Below, one piece after another: positions 21,343-30,746 of a DNA stretch of 53,311 nucleotides; the first letter of the stretch is position 1, and each line of letters begins with the position of its first letter. The notes below the pieces were generated by a model. The model did no database searches, was not told the DNA's origin, and saw nothing but the letters and a program-made list of their open reading frames with translations. A program made the position numbers and the translations under genes. The stretch is taken from sequence record MW512573.1; one strand, given 5' to 3'. The stretch comes from Clostridioides phage phiCD418.

Positions 21343-22109
21343 TAACATCTAGAAAAGGTAGAGAAATGCTTATTACATTATCCCCTATTTATGAGCAAAG
21401 TTTAATTATGAACTCTATATATGAAGCTATAGGAAGCGAATTTGATAATCTAGAGTTATTGGATGAAGAAATAGAGTTACAATTATTTCCTCAAACTGCT
21501 ACATGGGGACTTGAATTTTGGGAAAATAGAGTGGGCTTATCCACTAATATAGATGAAGATATAGAAGCTAGAAGAAGAAAGGTCATTGCTAAGCTTCAAA
21601 TGAAATATATTGTTAACCCTAACAGATTAGCAACTATAATAAAAAGCTACACTGGTGCAGACGTATATATAAAAGAAAATATAGCTCCATACACTTTTAA
21701 AGTAACTGCTAATGTAGATGATGTTATTAATTATGAAGATTTCAAATATATAACAAATAAAACGAAACCAAGCCACCTTCATTGGATGCCTTCTTTTGCA
21801 CTCAAATTTACAGATATAGAAAAATTTGAAGTAAAGATGATTAATCGAATATTTATAGATTTTAGAGGGAATATAAGTAATTTCTTAGATGGTATGTGGG
21901 CATTAAATGGCAGTAAAAACTTAAGTGCTTATATACTTTATCATGAGCCAATAAGCTTAAACATGAAAAATAAGTTATTTGTAAAAGAAAGTGAAGTATT
22001 TACAAATCTTAAAGTAATCATTAAAAAGAATTTGTATTATTTGAATGGAATAGAAATGTTAAATGGAAATAAACTGCTTAATGCAGAATTAAGAGAGGAA
22101 GTGTTATAA
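21339..22109 (+). CDS. Tail protein (XkdU / gpI-like)
   Basis: 256 aa, overlaps the baseplate J stop. Position. Confidence 0.5.
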   Translation: MITSRKGREMLITLSPIYEQSLIMNSIYEAIGSEFDNLELLDEEIELQLFPQTATWGLEFWENRVGLSTNIDEDIEARRRKVIAKLQMKYIVNPNRLATIIKSYTGADVYIKENIAPYTFKVTANVDDVINYEDFKYITNKTKPSHLHWMPSFALKFTDIEKFEVKMINRIFIDFRGNISNFLDGMWALNGSKNLSAYILYHEPISLNMKNKLFVKESEVFTNLKVIIKKNLYYLNGIEMLNGNKLLNAELREEVL

Positions 22110-22490
22110 GTGGCAAATGCAGTAACAACAGACATTGCAAGGCAAAAAATGTGTAAAGCTAGAGCAGGTGATATAACATTGCCTACTATAGTTAGTATGG
22201 TGTTTGGAGATGGAGGGATTGGAAATGATGGAAATATAATAGCTCCACTTTCAAGTGATATAGCGTTAAAAAATGAGGTGTTTAGGAAAGATATAGAAAA
22301 TTATGTATATCCAATCCCAACTACTTGCAGATATTCAACCACTTTATTAAAAAATGAAGCAGAAGGAAAAAACATAAACGAAATAGGTTTAATAGATTCT
22401 GATGGTGACTTAATAGCAATAAAAACTTTTGGAAATAAGTATAAAGACAGTGATATGGAAATGGTTTTTCAGATAGATGATGAGTTCTAG
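22110..22490 (+). CDS. Hypothetical tail-fibre-associated protein
   Basis: 126 aa ORF in the fibre block. Confidence 0.3.
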   Translation: MANAVTTDIARQKMCKARAGDITLPTIVSMVFGDGGIGNDGNIIAPLSSDIALKNEVFRKDIENYVYPIPTTCRYSTTLLKNEAEGKNINEIGLIDSDGDLIAIKTFGNKYKDSDMEMVFQIDDEF

Positions 22491-22501
22491 GAGGTGAATA
22501 A

Positions 22502-22930
22502 ATGCCTGATGAATTAAATTTTAATAATGAAATAGAAGAGTATTTAATAACTACACCAGCTCATGCGAATGAGTTTAATAATCGACAACAAAAATTGTTA
22601 GACAATGATAAATATTTAAATAATAAAATTGATACAACTAAAACAGAATTAACAAGCAACATAGAAACTGCTAAAACAGAGTTGAACAACAAAATAGGGG
22701 ATACAACACAACTTACTACAATAGATAAAACAAATATAGTTAGTGCCTTAAATGAGGTAAAAGCTAGTGTAGATAGTATAGAAACAACAGCAGAGAAAAC
22801 AAGCTATAATAATGCAACAAGTAATCTTATTGCTACGAATGTGCAAGGGGCGATTGATGAAGTTGTTAGAAAAATAGAAAATTTTAATGAGGTTAATATA
22901 TCTATACAAAATGATATGTTACCTATTTAA
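22502..22930 (+). CDS. Tail fibre protein, coiled-coil
   Basis: 142 aa with repeated ...TELTSNIETAKTELNNKIGD... heptad pattern. Upstream of the Gly-rich fibre. Confidence 0.3.
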   Translation: MPDELNFNNEIEEYLITTPAHANEFNNRQQKLLDNDKYLNNKIDTTKTELTSNIETAKTELNNKIGDTTQLTTIDKTNIVSALNEVKASVDSIETTAEKTSYNNATSNLIATNVQGAIDEVVRKIENFNEVNISIQNDMLPI

Positions 22931-22946
22931 GATAGGAGAGTGAAAA

Positions 22947-24946
22947 ATGGCTATAGTTTATGAATTTAATTATACAGGTGCTGAACAAAGTGTAGTGTTG
23001 CCACCTGGTAAATATAAGTTTGAATGTTTTGGTGCTTGTGGTGGTAATTATTATGATTTTGTACAGTGTGCAAAAGGTGGCTATACTGCTGGTTCTTTAA
23101 TATTGAAAGAAAATACTACATTACATGTTTACGTTGGGCAAAGTGGTTATTGTAAAGGTGTTAATGGTATTGAGACTTGTAGAAGTGGTTTTAATGGTGC
23201 GGGTGGTATAACCACTTATAAAAGTACTTCTGATGGTTATTATAGTCTTGCAGGTGGTGGAGCTACTGATATTAGACTTATTGGTGGTAACTGGGATAAT
23301 TTACAAAGTTTGCTATCTCGCATAATTGTTGCAGGTGGTGGTGGTGGTGGAAGCGGAAATTCACATGATAGTATTGGTCATGGTGGTGGTACAAAAGGTA
23401 AAGATGGTATTTCTATAGCAAATAAATATTTTGCAGGCGGTGGAAGCCAATTTCAAGGGGGGTTTAACTTTTATAGGTTTTTTTATTGGTCTTTTTGTGT
23501 TAGGGGGGGTGGGGGTGGGAGTTGTGGGGGTTGGGGGGGGGGGGGGTGGGGGTTTGGGGGGGGGGGGTGTTTTTTGTGGTTGTGTGGGGGGGGGGGGGGG
23601 GGGTGGGCTGTGGTGGTGGTGGAAGCGGAAATTCACATGATAGTATTGGTCATGGTGGTGGTACAAAAGGTAAAGATGGTATTTCTATAGCAAATAAATA
23701 TTTTGCAGGCGGTGGAAGCCAATTTCAAGGCGGTTTAACTTTTAATAGTCTTTATAATGGTTCTTTTGGTGTAAGCGGTGCTGGAGATGGCATTAGTGGT
23801 GTTGGTGGCGGTGGTGGTTGGTATTGTGGTGCAGGTAGTTTTTATGCTGAATTTGGTGGTGGTGGAAGTGGATATATTCTAACAAAAGATAGTTATAAGC
23901 CAGCAAATTATAGTCCATCTTCTAAATATTATTTTAGCGATATAAATAGCGTTGTAGGTGGAAATACTACGAAACAAGATGGTTATGCTAAAATAACATT
24001 ACTACAAGCATTGCCATTTTTAACTATATCCTCATATAACTCAACCACAGCAACATTTAAAGCTGACCACACAGACCCAACATTGTTAACTAAAATAGAA
24101 TATTTTATAGATGATGTACTAAAAGAAACTATAACAACAGATTTAACCCTTGAAAAAACAATTAACTATACATTAGAAGATAATGCACTACACACACTTA
24201 AAATAGTTGTTACAGACAGTGCTAATGCTACAGCAGAAAAAGTTGTAAGTATAAGCAAAGGAATTGCACCTCTTCCTGCTGGTTCTACAACAGATGAAGT
24301 TACAAGTAAATGGATAGAAATTAAAGATGCATTTAAAAGTGGCAAAACAAGTATTATAAACACTTTAGCATTAAAAAATATAGAAGCAAGTTTAAACAAT
24401 ACATTAGTAGAGTTATCAGAGAAAATTAAAACTTCTTTTGATAGTTCGGACGCTAGTGTGCAGGATTTGATGAACCAGCTAACACAAGCTAATAATACTA
24501 TAAGTCAGTTAAATACAAAATATAAAGTTGCATCAGGACGTACCAGTGCATTAACAGACACAATATCGACTGCTTATTTGTATGTTAATAGCCAGTCTAA
24601 TCCTAATTATCCAATAAACCCAGGAGGGTGGATTAATATTGAAGGATTAAATTTTATTCCAAATATCTTTTTTGCTGAATGCGAGTGTACAGCTAATAGC
24701 CCAACACAATTTTATAAATACTTAGTCTTTGCCACCTATTCAATCCCATCGCTTTCTGATAAAGATTTTGTAATTACAACCGCTCTTCGAAAAACAAATT
24801 CAGATACCAAATTTACAGCTGATAGTCAGGTTTATATAAATAATAGAGGTAATACTTATATAAATAATCAAGGTGTCTATGTTCCTGCTTATAGACCTTC
24901 TGTGTCTTATACTTTGTACAATTGGTATGCTATAAAATTCATATAA
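22947..24946 (+). CDS. Glycine-rich tail fibre / receptor-binding protein; reading frame interrupted at 23459-23613 by a G/T-only tract between two copies of a perfect 120-bp repeat
   Basis: ORFs 22947-23690 and 23522-24946 both encode GGGSGNSHDSIGHGGGTKGKDGISIANKYFAGGGSQFQGG in their own frames. The copy offset is 272 bp (not a multiple of 3). Removing one copy plus the tract gives one continuous fibre ORF. Confidence 0.55.
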
Positions 24947-24959
24947 AAGAGGTGATAAA

Positions 24960-25253
24960 ATGGATAGAGCAAATAGAATTATATGTGACCAAACCGGGAA
25001 AATATTACTCCAAACTGGAGAAGCAACAGGGGATATATTAGAACATGATGAAATAACGGAATTACATTTTGTTGATATTCCGTATGGAAGTATAGACTAT
25101 ACAAGAAATAGAATTATAGGTATAAATATAGAAACAAAAGAACCAATTTTAGAGGAAATACCAACATTTATTTCAGATGAAGAAAAGAGAATACAAGAGT
25201 TAGAAAATCAAATTTTATTAAATGAAAATGAGAAAGTAGGAGGAATTTTATAA
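24960..25253 (+). CDS. Hypothetical protein
   Basis: 97 aa, RBS agaggtga. Follows the fibre gene. Confidence 0.35.
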   Translation: MDRANRIICDQTGKILLQTGEATGDILEHDEITELHFVDIPYGSIDYTRNRIIGINIETKEPILEEIPTFISDEEKRIQELENQILLNENEKVGGIL

Positions 25254-25435
25254 TGAATATAAATAATGTTGTAGTAAGAATATTAGCAGAGAGAATATTA
25301 AATAAGGGATTAAATCCTCTAAAAAATAGAGTATTTGAACTTGATGATGTTACTAACACAGAGTACAGGATGGCAGTTGAAAACTACATTATAGAGCATA
25401 GTGGAGTGGTAGAAGGAGCAGAACCTGCAAAATAG
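25253..25435 (+). CDS. Hypothetical protein
   Basis: 60 aa ORF, ATGA-coupled to the previous gene. Confidence 0.3.
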   Translation: MNINNVVVRILAERILNKGLNPLKNRVFELDDVTNTEYRMAVENYIIEHSGVVEGAEPAK

Positions 25436-25469
25436 GTTCTTTTTTAATATCAAAAATTAGGAGGCTTAC

Positions 25470-25700
25470 ATGAACGAAGAAGTTATAAAAGAAAAAATAA
25501 AACGAAATGAAATAATGATAAACAGACACAATGATGAAATAGACGAATTAAAGATAGCAAATATAGAGTCTAAAGCAGAGTTAAAAGCACTATGTGAGAA
25601 TTTAAATTCCCTTACCAGCATGTTAAAGTGGCTAATTGGAACTATGATTACAACACTGATAGGATTCTTTATATTTGCAATACAAAAAGGAATATTTTAA
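25470..25700 (+). CDS. XhlA-like hemolysin/lysis accessory protein
   Basis: 76 aa. N-terminal coiled coil and C-terminal TM helix (WLIGTMITTLIGFFIFAI). Immediately upstream of the holin and amidase. Confidence 0.5.
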   Translation: MNEEVIKEKIKRNEIMINRHNDEIDELKIANIESKAELKALCENLNSLTSMLKWLIGTMITTLIGFFIFAIQKGIF

Positions 25701-25719
25701 ATTAGGAGGAAAATAAAAG

Positions 25720-25980
25720 ATGGATAATTTAATAAGTTTTATACCCGAGCAGTTGCTAATTTTAGTAGCTGCTCTCTCTATTATAGGTAAAGGTTGCAAA
25801 AAATATAAACAATTAGACAATAAATACATTCCAATTATATTACTTGTGTTGGGAATCGGATTTTCTATTTGGATGCTAGGGTTTAGTCCTAACGCAGTAC
25901 TGCAAGGTGTAATTTGTTGGGGAATATCAATAGGTATAAATCAAACTTACAAACAACTAAAGGAGGAAAATAAACAATGA
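25720..25980 (+). CDS. Holin
   Basis: 86 aa with 2-3 TM helices and a charged C-terminus. Stop overlaps the endolysin start. Confidence 0.65.
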   Translation: MDNLISFIPEQLLILVAALSIIGKGCKKYKQLDNKYIPIILLVLGIGFSIWMLGFSPNAVLQGVICWGISIGINQTYKQLKEENKQ

Positions 25981-26774
25981 AAATAGCAATAGTACCAGGG
26001 CATACTTTAACAGGAAAAGGAACTGGAGCAACTGGATATATAGACGAAGGAAAAGAAAATAGAATTTTAACTGATTTAATAGTAAAATGGTTGAAACAAG
26101 GTGGAGCTACTGTATATACTGGAAAAGTAGATAAATCTAATAACTATTTAGCAGAGCAATGTCAAATAGCCAATAAGCAAAATGTAGACTTAGCAGTACA
26201 AATACATTTCAACGCAAATAAAACAACTCTAAATCCTATGGGTACAGAGACAATATACAAAACTAACAATGGCAAAGTGTATGCAGATAGAGTAAATACT
26301 AAATTAGCAACTGTATTTAAAAACAGAGGTGCAAAATCGGACGTAAGAGGTCTTTACTGGCTTAGTCATACAAAAGCACCAGCAATATTAATAGAAGTGT
26401 GCTTTGTAGACAGTAAAGCAGATACAGATTATTATATTAAAAATAAAAATACAGTTGCAAAGTTGATTGCTGAGGGTATATTAAATAAAAAAATAGATAA
26501 CATTGAGGTGAAACAGATGTATAAGCATACAGTAATTTACGAGGGAGAAGTTGACAAAGTTCTAGCGCAAATAATTAGTTGGAACTACAAAGAAAATGAA
26601 TGTAGAGTATGCGATATAAAAGATTATGTACCTGGTCAGACTGAAAATCTATATATTGTAGGTGGAGGAGCATGTAACAAGATAAGTTCTATAACTAAAG
26701 AAAAGTTTACTATGATAAAGGGTAATGATAGATTCGATACTCTTTATAAGGCATTGGATTTTATTAATAGATAA
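25977..26774 (+). CDS. Endolysin, N-acetylmuramoyl-L-alanine amidase (Amidase_3, CD27L-like)
   Basis: MKIAIVPGHT...TVFKNRGAKSDVRGLYWLSHTKAPAILIEVCFVDSKAD...AKLIAEGILNKKIDN closely resembles C. difficile phage endolysin CD27L. Anchors the host assignment. Confidence 0.9.
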   Translation: MKIAIVPGHTLTGKGTGATGYIDEGKENRILTDLIVKWLKQGGATVYTGKVDKSNNYLAEQCQIANKQNVDLAVQIHFNANKTTLNPMGTETIYKTNNGKVYADRVNTKLATVFKNRGAKSDVRGLYWLSHTKAPAILIEVCFVDSKADTDYYIKNKNTVAKLIAEGILNKKIDNIEVKQMYKHTVIYEGEVDKVLAQIISWNYKENECRVCDIKDYVPGQTENLYIVGGGACNKISSITKEKFTMIKGNDRFDTLYKALDFINR

Positions 26775-27023
26775 AAGGAGTATAGTTAATGTATTTTACA
26801 TTTTGCTTATACTTTATGTCAATATCACGACAATCTATAAAATAAAAATGATATATTAAATATAATCATAAGTCATCTACAAATTTCAGAAAAATCAGGT
26901 ATATGAAGAGTAGACAAACATATATTAATGAGTTATAGGAGGTGAAATAGAAAAATAATAGTGCAATAAAAACGATTCTAATGTAGAATAATATTAAAGA
27001 ATATTATTCTAGGGGGAATCAAA

Positions 27024-27515
27024 ATGTCTTATGAAAATGGAACTGATTTTATAGATTATTTTCCTAATTGTATAGATAAATATAAGGAAGATAGTAAAAT
27101 ATTTGATAGGGCTATATTATTGCTGAATGTGTATATGCAAAAACCAACATGGCCACATTGTATTAATGAGTACAAGAGTCATGCAGAAAAAATTTTAGGT
27201 GAAGATCCAGAGTTTATAGGAAAGTATGGCCTACAATTAAAACAGTTTTATGATGAAGATGAAAATGCAAAACTAAGCAAGGAATTTAAAAATGATTTGT
27301 ATAATTTTTCTAAGAGTACATATGATATATTAGATAATGTTTATTTTTCTAAGAGTCATCCTTTTAATCTTTCGTCTATCTATTCAACTTCTAGAGATGA
27401 TGGTTTTATAGTAAAAATATTTAGATATGATAATAATTTTCTCGAATTAGAGATGTCAAAGAGAGAAGTAGAGTCATTAATAAATTTTTTATCTGACCTA
27501 TTAAAGGAAGAATAG
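27024..27515 (+). CDS. Hypothetical cargo protein
   Basis: 163 aa ORF, RBS gggggaa. First gene after the lysis cassette. Preceded by a 12-bp-arm palindrome. Confidence 0.4.
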   Translation: MSYENGTDFIDYFPNCIDKYKEDSKIFDRAILLLNVYMQKPTWPHCINEYKSHAEKILGEDPEFIGKYGLQLKQFYDEDENAKLSKEFKNDLYNFSKSTYDILDNVYFSKSHPFNLSSIYSTSRDDGFIVKIFRYDNNFLELEMSKREVESLINFLSDLLKEE

Positions 27516-27517
27516 TT

Positions 27518-28084
27518 ATGTTAGAATCAAAGAAAGAGAGAGAGTTTAATCTATTGAGCTTTAATGAAAAAAAGATAGAAAAATGTAAATATAAAAATTA
27601 TCATAATAATGCTTCAGAAGATAAATATAAACATAGTGAAACTAATGAGTTTATAGCTGTTTTAAAGGAGGCAGATAATATGAATGAAGAAGAAAAGAGA
27701 ATACTAGAAACTGAAAAAAGAATATTAGAGACTGAGAAAAGAGTACATCAAGATAATAAAGAAGTAAAAGAAAGTATAGATAGACAATTTAATGACATAA
27801 AGGGAATTTTTAAAGAATACAAGAATGATTTAGACAAAGATAGAATAGAACTAAAAAATGATTTGGCTAGAGAAAGAACTGAGTTAAAAAGTGATTTAAA
27901 AGAAGCTATAAACGAACATAAAAAAGTGACAGAAAAGGATGTAAGCGAAATAAAGAATAGTATGAAAGTTATAGAGGATAGAATTGATTCAACTAATAAA
28001 TGGATTATTGGATTATGTATAACTACTATAATAGGAATTGCTACAATGGCTATTACAATAGGTATATCTATATGGCCAAAGTAA
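27518..28084 (+). CDS. Membrane-anchored coiled-coil protein with XhlA-like C-terminus
   Basis: 188 aa. Perfect tandem peptide repeat KRILETEKRILETEKR. C-terminal TM helix (WIIGLCITTIIGIATMAITIGISIW) resembling that of the XhlA-like gene at 25470. Confidence 0.4.
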   Translation: MLESKKEREFNLLSFNEKKIEKCKYKNYHNNASEDKYKHSETNEFIAVLKEADNMNEEEKRILETEKRILETEKRVHQDNKEVKESIDRQFNDIKGIFKEYKNDLDKDRIELKNDLARERTELKSDLKEAINEHKKVTEKDVSEIKNSMKVIEDRIDSTNKWIIGLCITTIIGIATMAITIGISIWPK

Positions 28085-28163
28085 CATAAAAAGAGGTAAC
28101 TAGGATTAAAATAGTTATCTCTTTTTTAGGCTCAAAAATAACATATTATAGATAAAATAAGAG

Positions 28164-28469
28164 GTGGATAAGATGCTAATACAAGAGAAAAGTTTTTATC
28201 CAAATAATATTTACCTCAAAATAGATTTTCTCAAAATAAAAAGGCAGTTAAAATCAATATACAATAATGATTTATCAGACTGCGGAAGCATATGTATAAT
28301 AGAAAGAAAAGACTATTCTTTAAGTGTAAATAGCATAGGTGAAGTGAATATATACTATGATTTAAAGTTTAAGCAATGTGTTCAAGATGCAATAAGAGAG
28401 ATTGAAGGAATGTTTAAAAGTCAAATTAGAAGTTTTTATTTAATAGATAGATTAGAAGGTAGCAACTAG
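28164..28469 (+). CDS. Hypothetical protein
   Basis: 101 aa ORF with RBS agaggtgga. Confidence 0.35.
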   Translation: MDKMLIQEKSFYPNNIYLKIDFLKIKRQLKSIYNNDLSDCGSICIIERKDYSLSVNSIGEVNIYYDLKFKQCVQDAIREIEGMFKSQIRSFYLIDRLEGSN

Positions 28470-28495
28470 TTAGTTGTTACCTTCTTTTTTTATGT

Positions 28496-28708
28496 CTACT
28501 TTTCTTTCTTTTTCCAAACAACTTCATATCCTATCAAATTAGCAATAGTCAAGATTTCACTATACTTCATAGTCTCATTATTTATTTTTTGTCTTAAATT
28601 TTCAACTGTATTATTCTTATTATTATGTTCATTCATTAAATTATTTAACTCATTCATGCTGATATTTTCTTTCACAAGAATACTTTTGATTTCATTTTTC
28701 CATGTCAT
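28496..28708 (-). CDS. Small hypothetical protein, possibly HTH
   Basis: 70 aa on the opposite strand to its neighbours. ENISMNELNNLM resembles an HTH recognition region. Confidence 0.35.
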   Translation of the reverse strand: MTWKNEIKSILVKENISMNELNNLMNEHNNKNNTVENLRQKINNETMKYSEILTIANLIGYEVVWKKKEK

Positions 28709-28824
28709 TTTTTTTCACACCTCTCTTATTTATATAATAACATAAAAGTTTTAAAAGTAAAAGAATAATCTATGTTAATCAAAGTTATAATTTTGAAAAT
28801 CAAAGAAAAAACTTTGGAAAAGTA

Positions 28825-28853
28825 TTGACTTAGATATTCATATAGACTATAAT
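28825..28853 (+). promoter_or_regulatory. Consensus sigma-A-type promoter (TTGACT-17-TATAAT)
   Basis: Perfect -35 TTGACT (28825-28830), 17-nt spacer, perfect -10 TATAAT (28848-28853), about 35 nt upstream of the 28890 gene. Confidence 0.5.
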
Positions 28854-28889
28854 ATAATTAAAGAAAGATAAACAAAGGGGGATATAAAA

Positions 28890-29339
28890 ATGGAAAAATT
28901 CATCAGACTTGATTACGATAAGGGTTTTAGAGGAAAAGAACATGTAAGTTCTTCAACTGGAGACGGAGAACATTTTGAAGCAGGAATTAGTTGCTATAAA
29001 ATAAGTAAAGAAAAATGTGTTGATGCCATAATAAATTTATGTGAATATTGGTTTGAATTTGCAGGAGAATGCCAATTTAAAGATTTTGATATAAATATTT
29101 TTGAAGGATATTATGTAGGTGAAGGGTGTAGTTATGAGGATTTAGCAACTTGCGAGAACCAGTTATATACTGTAGATGGGTCTTTGTTCAATGAAGTTTA
29201 TGACTTATACTATAAACATAATACATACTTAGAAGAAGATGGAGACATTGAAGAATTAGAGAAAAATTACAAAGATGAATATATAACAACAGAAGAATTT
29301 GAAACTAAGATAAAAGAAATGTTTATAAAATATTTATAG
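28890..29339 (+). CDS. Hypothetical acidic protein
   Basis: 149 aa, Cys/Glu-rich, RBS aaggggga. Downstream of the consensus promoter. Confidence 0.4.
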   Translation: MEKFIRLDYDKGFRGKEHVSSSTGDGEHFEAGISCYKISKEKCVDAIINLCEYWFEFAGECQFKDFDINIFEGYYVGEGCSYEDLATCENQLYTVDGSLFNEVYDLYYKHNTYLEEDGDIEELEKNYKDEYITTEEFETKIKEMFIKYL

Positions 29340-29350
29340 GAAGTGAGAAT

Positions 29351-29998
29351 ATGAAAATTGGTGATAAATTTGAAAACCTTACAATACTAGATATGGAACA
29401 AAGAAATGGCAGGAAATACTGTCTATGTAAATGCGGGAATTGTAGCAATGAAAAGTGGATAAGAGCGGATAGTTTAAAAAGAATAAAAGCATGTGGGTGC
29501 ATGAAAAGTAGCACACAATTTAAACAAAATGATTTAACAGGCAAAAAGTTTGGCAGATTAACAGCAATAAAGAACACTAACAAAAAAGCTAAAAGTGGTC
29601 ATTATATTTGGATTTGTAAGTGTGCTTGTGGAAATGAGATTAAGACAACAGAAAACAATTTAACTACTGGCAGAACTAAATCATGTGGATGTCTAAAAAA
29701 GGAATCTAATATAAAAAATGCAAAGATAGCTTTAAAAGTGCACAAAGAAAAAAATATTGTTGATAATACAAATTTATCTATTATAAAAAAGACAGAAGCA
29801 TATTCTAATTCAAAAACTAAAATTAGAGGGGTTTATTGGAATAAAGAAAAAAGAAAATACTGTGCTCAAATAGAATTTAAGAAAATACATTATAGTCTAG
29901 GTTACTATGATAACATAGAAGATGCTGAAAAGGCATATATAGAAGCTAAAGATAATTTACATAATAAATTTTTAGAAAAATTGTCTGAAGAAGAATAA
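29351..29998 (+). CDS. AP2-domain DNA-binding protein with duplicated Cys-rich N-terminal modules
   Basis: C-terminal IRGVYWNKEKRKYCAQIEFKKIHYSLGYYDNIEDAEKAYIEAKDNL matches the AP2/ERF fold pattern. Two N-terminal repeats of G(R)LT-x-L...CxCGN...CGC resemble zinc-ribbon modules. Confidence 0.5.
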   Translation: MKIGDKFENLTILDMEQRNGRKYCLCKCGNCSNEKWIRADSLKRIKACGCMKSSTQFKQNDLTGKKFGRLTAIKNTNKKAKSGHYIWICKCACGNEIKTTENNLTTGRTKSCGCLKKESNIKNAKIALKVHKEKNIVDNTNLSIIKKTEAYSNSKTKIRGVYWNKEKRKYCAQIEFKKIHYSLGYYDNIEDAEKAYIEAKDNLHNKFLEKLSEEE

Positions 29999-30007
29999 TA
30001 AATATAT

Positions 30008-30505
30008 TTGATAGTAGGAGAGGAAATTAAAATGAATAAACAAAAAATTAAAAGATTTTTAAAAATAATAGATAAGAATATGAATGAAATAAAAGAAGAA
30101 GCTATAAAAGCATATAAAGAAAGTTTTTTAGCAAAAGATAATAATATAAGAATATATATCAATCTAGCAGGCAAAGTTGAAGCTGTAGTAGTTCCGAGCT
30201 GGAGCAGATATATAGAAGATACGTACGAAAAAGAAATTTTTGTTTGTGAATTTGACAAAGAAGAAATCAACCTCAACGAGTTGCTCGGAGAACTTTGCTA
30301 TTTGAACGATTATGAAGAGTTCAAAAAATGGTGCGAAATTGAAAATGAAGATTTGAAATGGGACAGTTATAAAAAATTTAATAAAGATAATTTTGACGAA
30401 TTTATTGAAAGAAATATAGAATATAGTCTATCAGATTTTTTGAAAGAGTTAAGTGAAAGTATAGAAAATTGTAAACAAGATTTAAAATTAATGATTGAAA
30501 TTTAA
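30008..30505 (+). CDS. Hypothetical acidic protein
   Basis: 165 aa, RBS aggagagga. Confidence 0.4.
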   Translation: MIVGEEIKMNKQKIKRFLKIIDKNMNEIKEEAIKAYKESFLAKDNNIRIYINLAGKVEAVVVPSWSRYIEDTYEKEIFVCEFDKEEINLNELLGELCYLNDYEEFKKWCEIENEDLKWDSYKKFNKDNFDEFIERNIEYSLSDFLKELSESIENCKQDLKLMIEI

Positions 30506-30546
30506 ATGAAAGAGTATTATTATTAATGTATATAGTATCGCTTTTA

Positions 30547-30712
30547 AGATTAACTACGAGGGATTTAAAATATTTTTTAATTTATTTAGAAATGATATTG
30601 TAATAAAAATTTTTATATTAACTATAAGGGATTTAAATATCAATTTAATTTATATCGAAATGATACAATATCCAAATTATTTTAGATTAACTATGCGGAA
30701 ATAAAAACAGTG
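30547..30712. repeat. About 68-bp tandem repeat (2.4 copies) with a CRISPR-repeat-like 29-bp core
   Basis: ATTAAC anchors at 30555, 30623 and 30692. Middle copy core TTTTTATATTAACTATAAGGGATTTAAAT is about 25/29 identical to the C. difficile type I-B CRISPR repeat as recalled (GTTTTATATTAACTATATGGAATGTAAAT). The inter-repeat segments are also similar to each other. Confidence 0.5.
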
Positions 30713-30746
30713 TATTCAATAAATACACTGTTTTTTAATGCTAAAA

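Noticed and set aside
23361-23666. Pro-rich minus-strand ORF and Gly-rich + strand ORF (23431-23640) in the G/T tract
   Set aside because: Both are pure translation artefacts of the poly-G/poly-C homopolymer region and have no start or RBS context.
30547-30712. Bona fide CRISPR array
   Set aside because: Only about 2.4 degenerate units. The spacer segments resemble each other (whole 68-bp unit duplicated). No cas genes or leader. Kept only as a CRISPR-like repeat relic.
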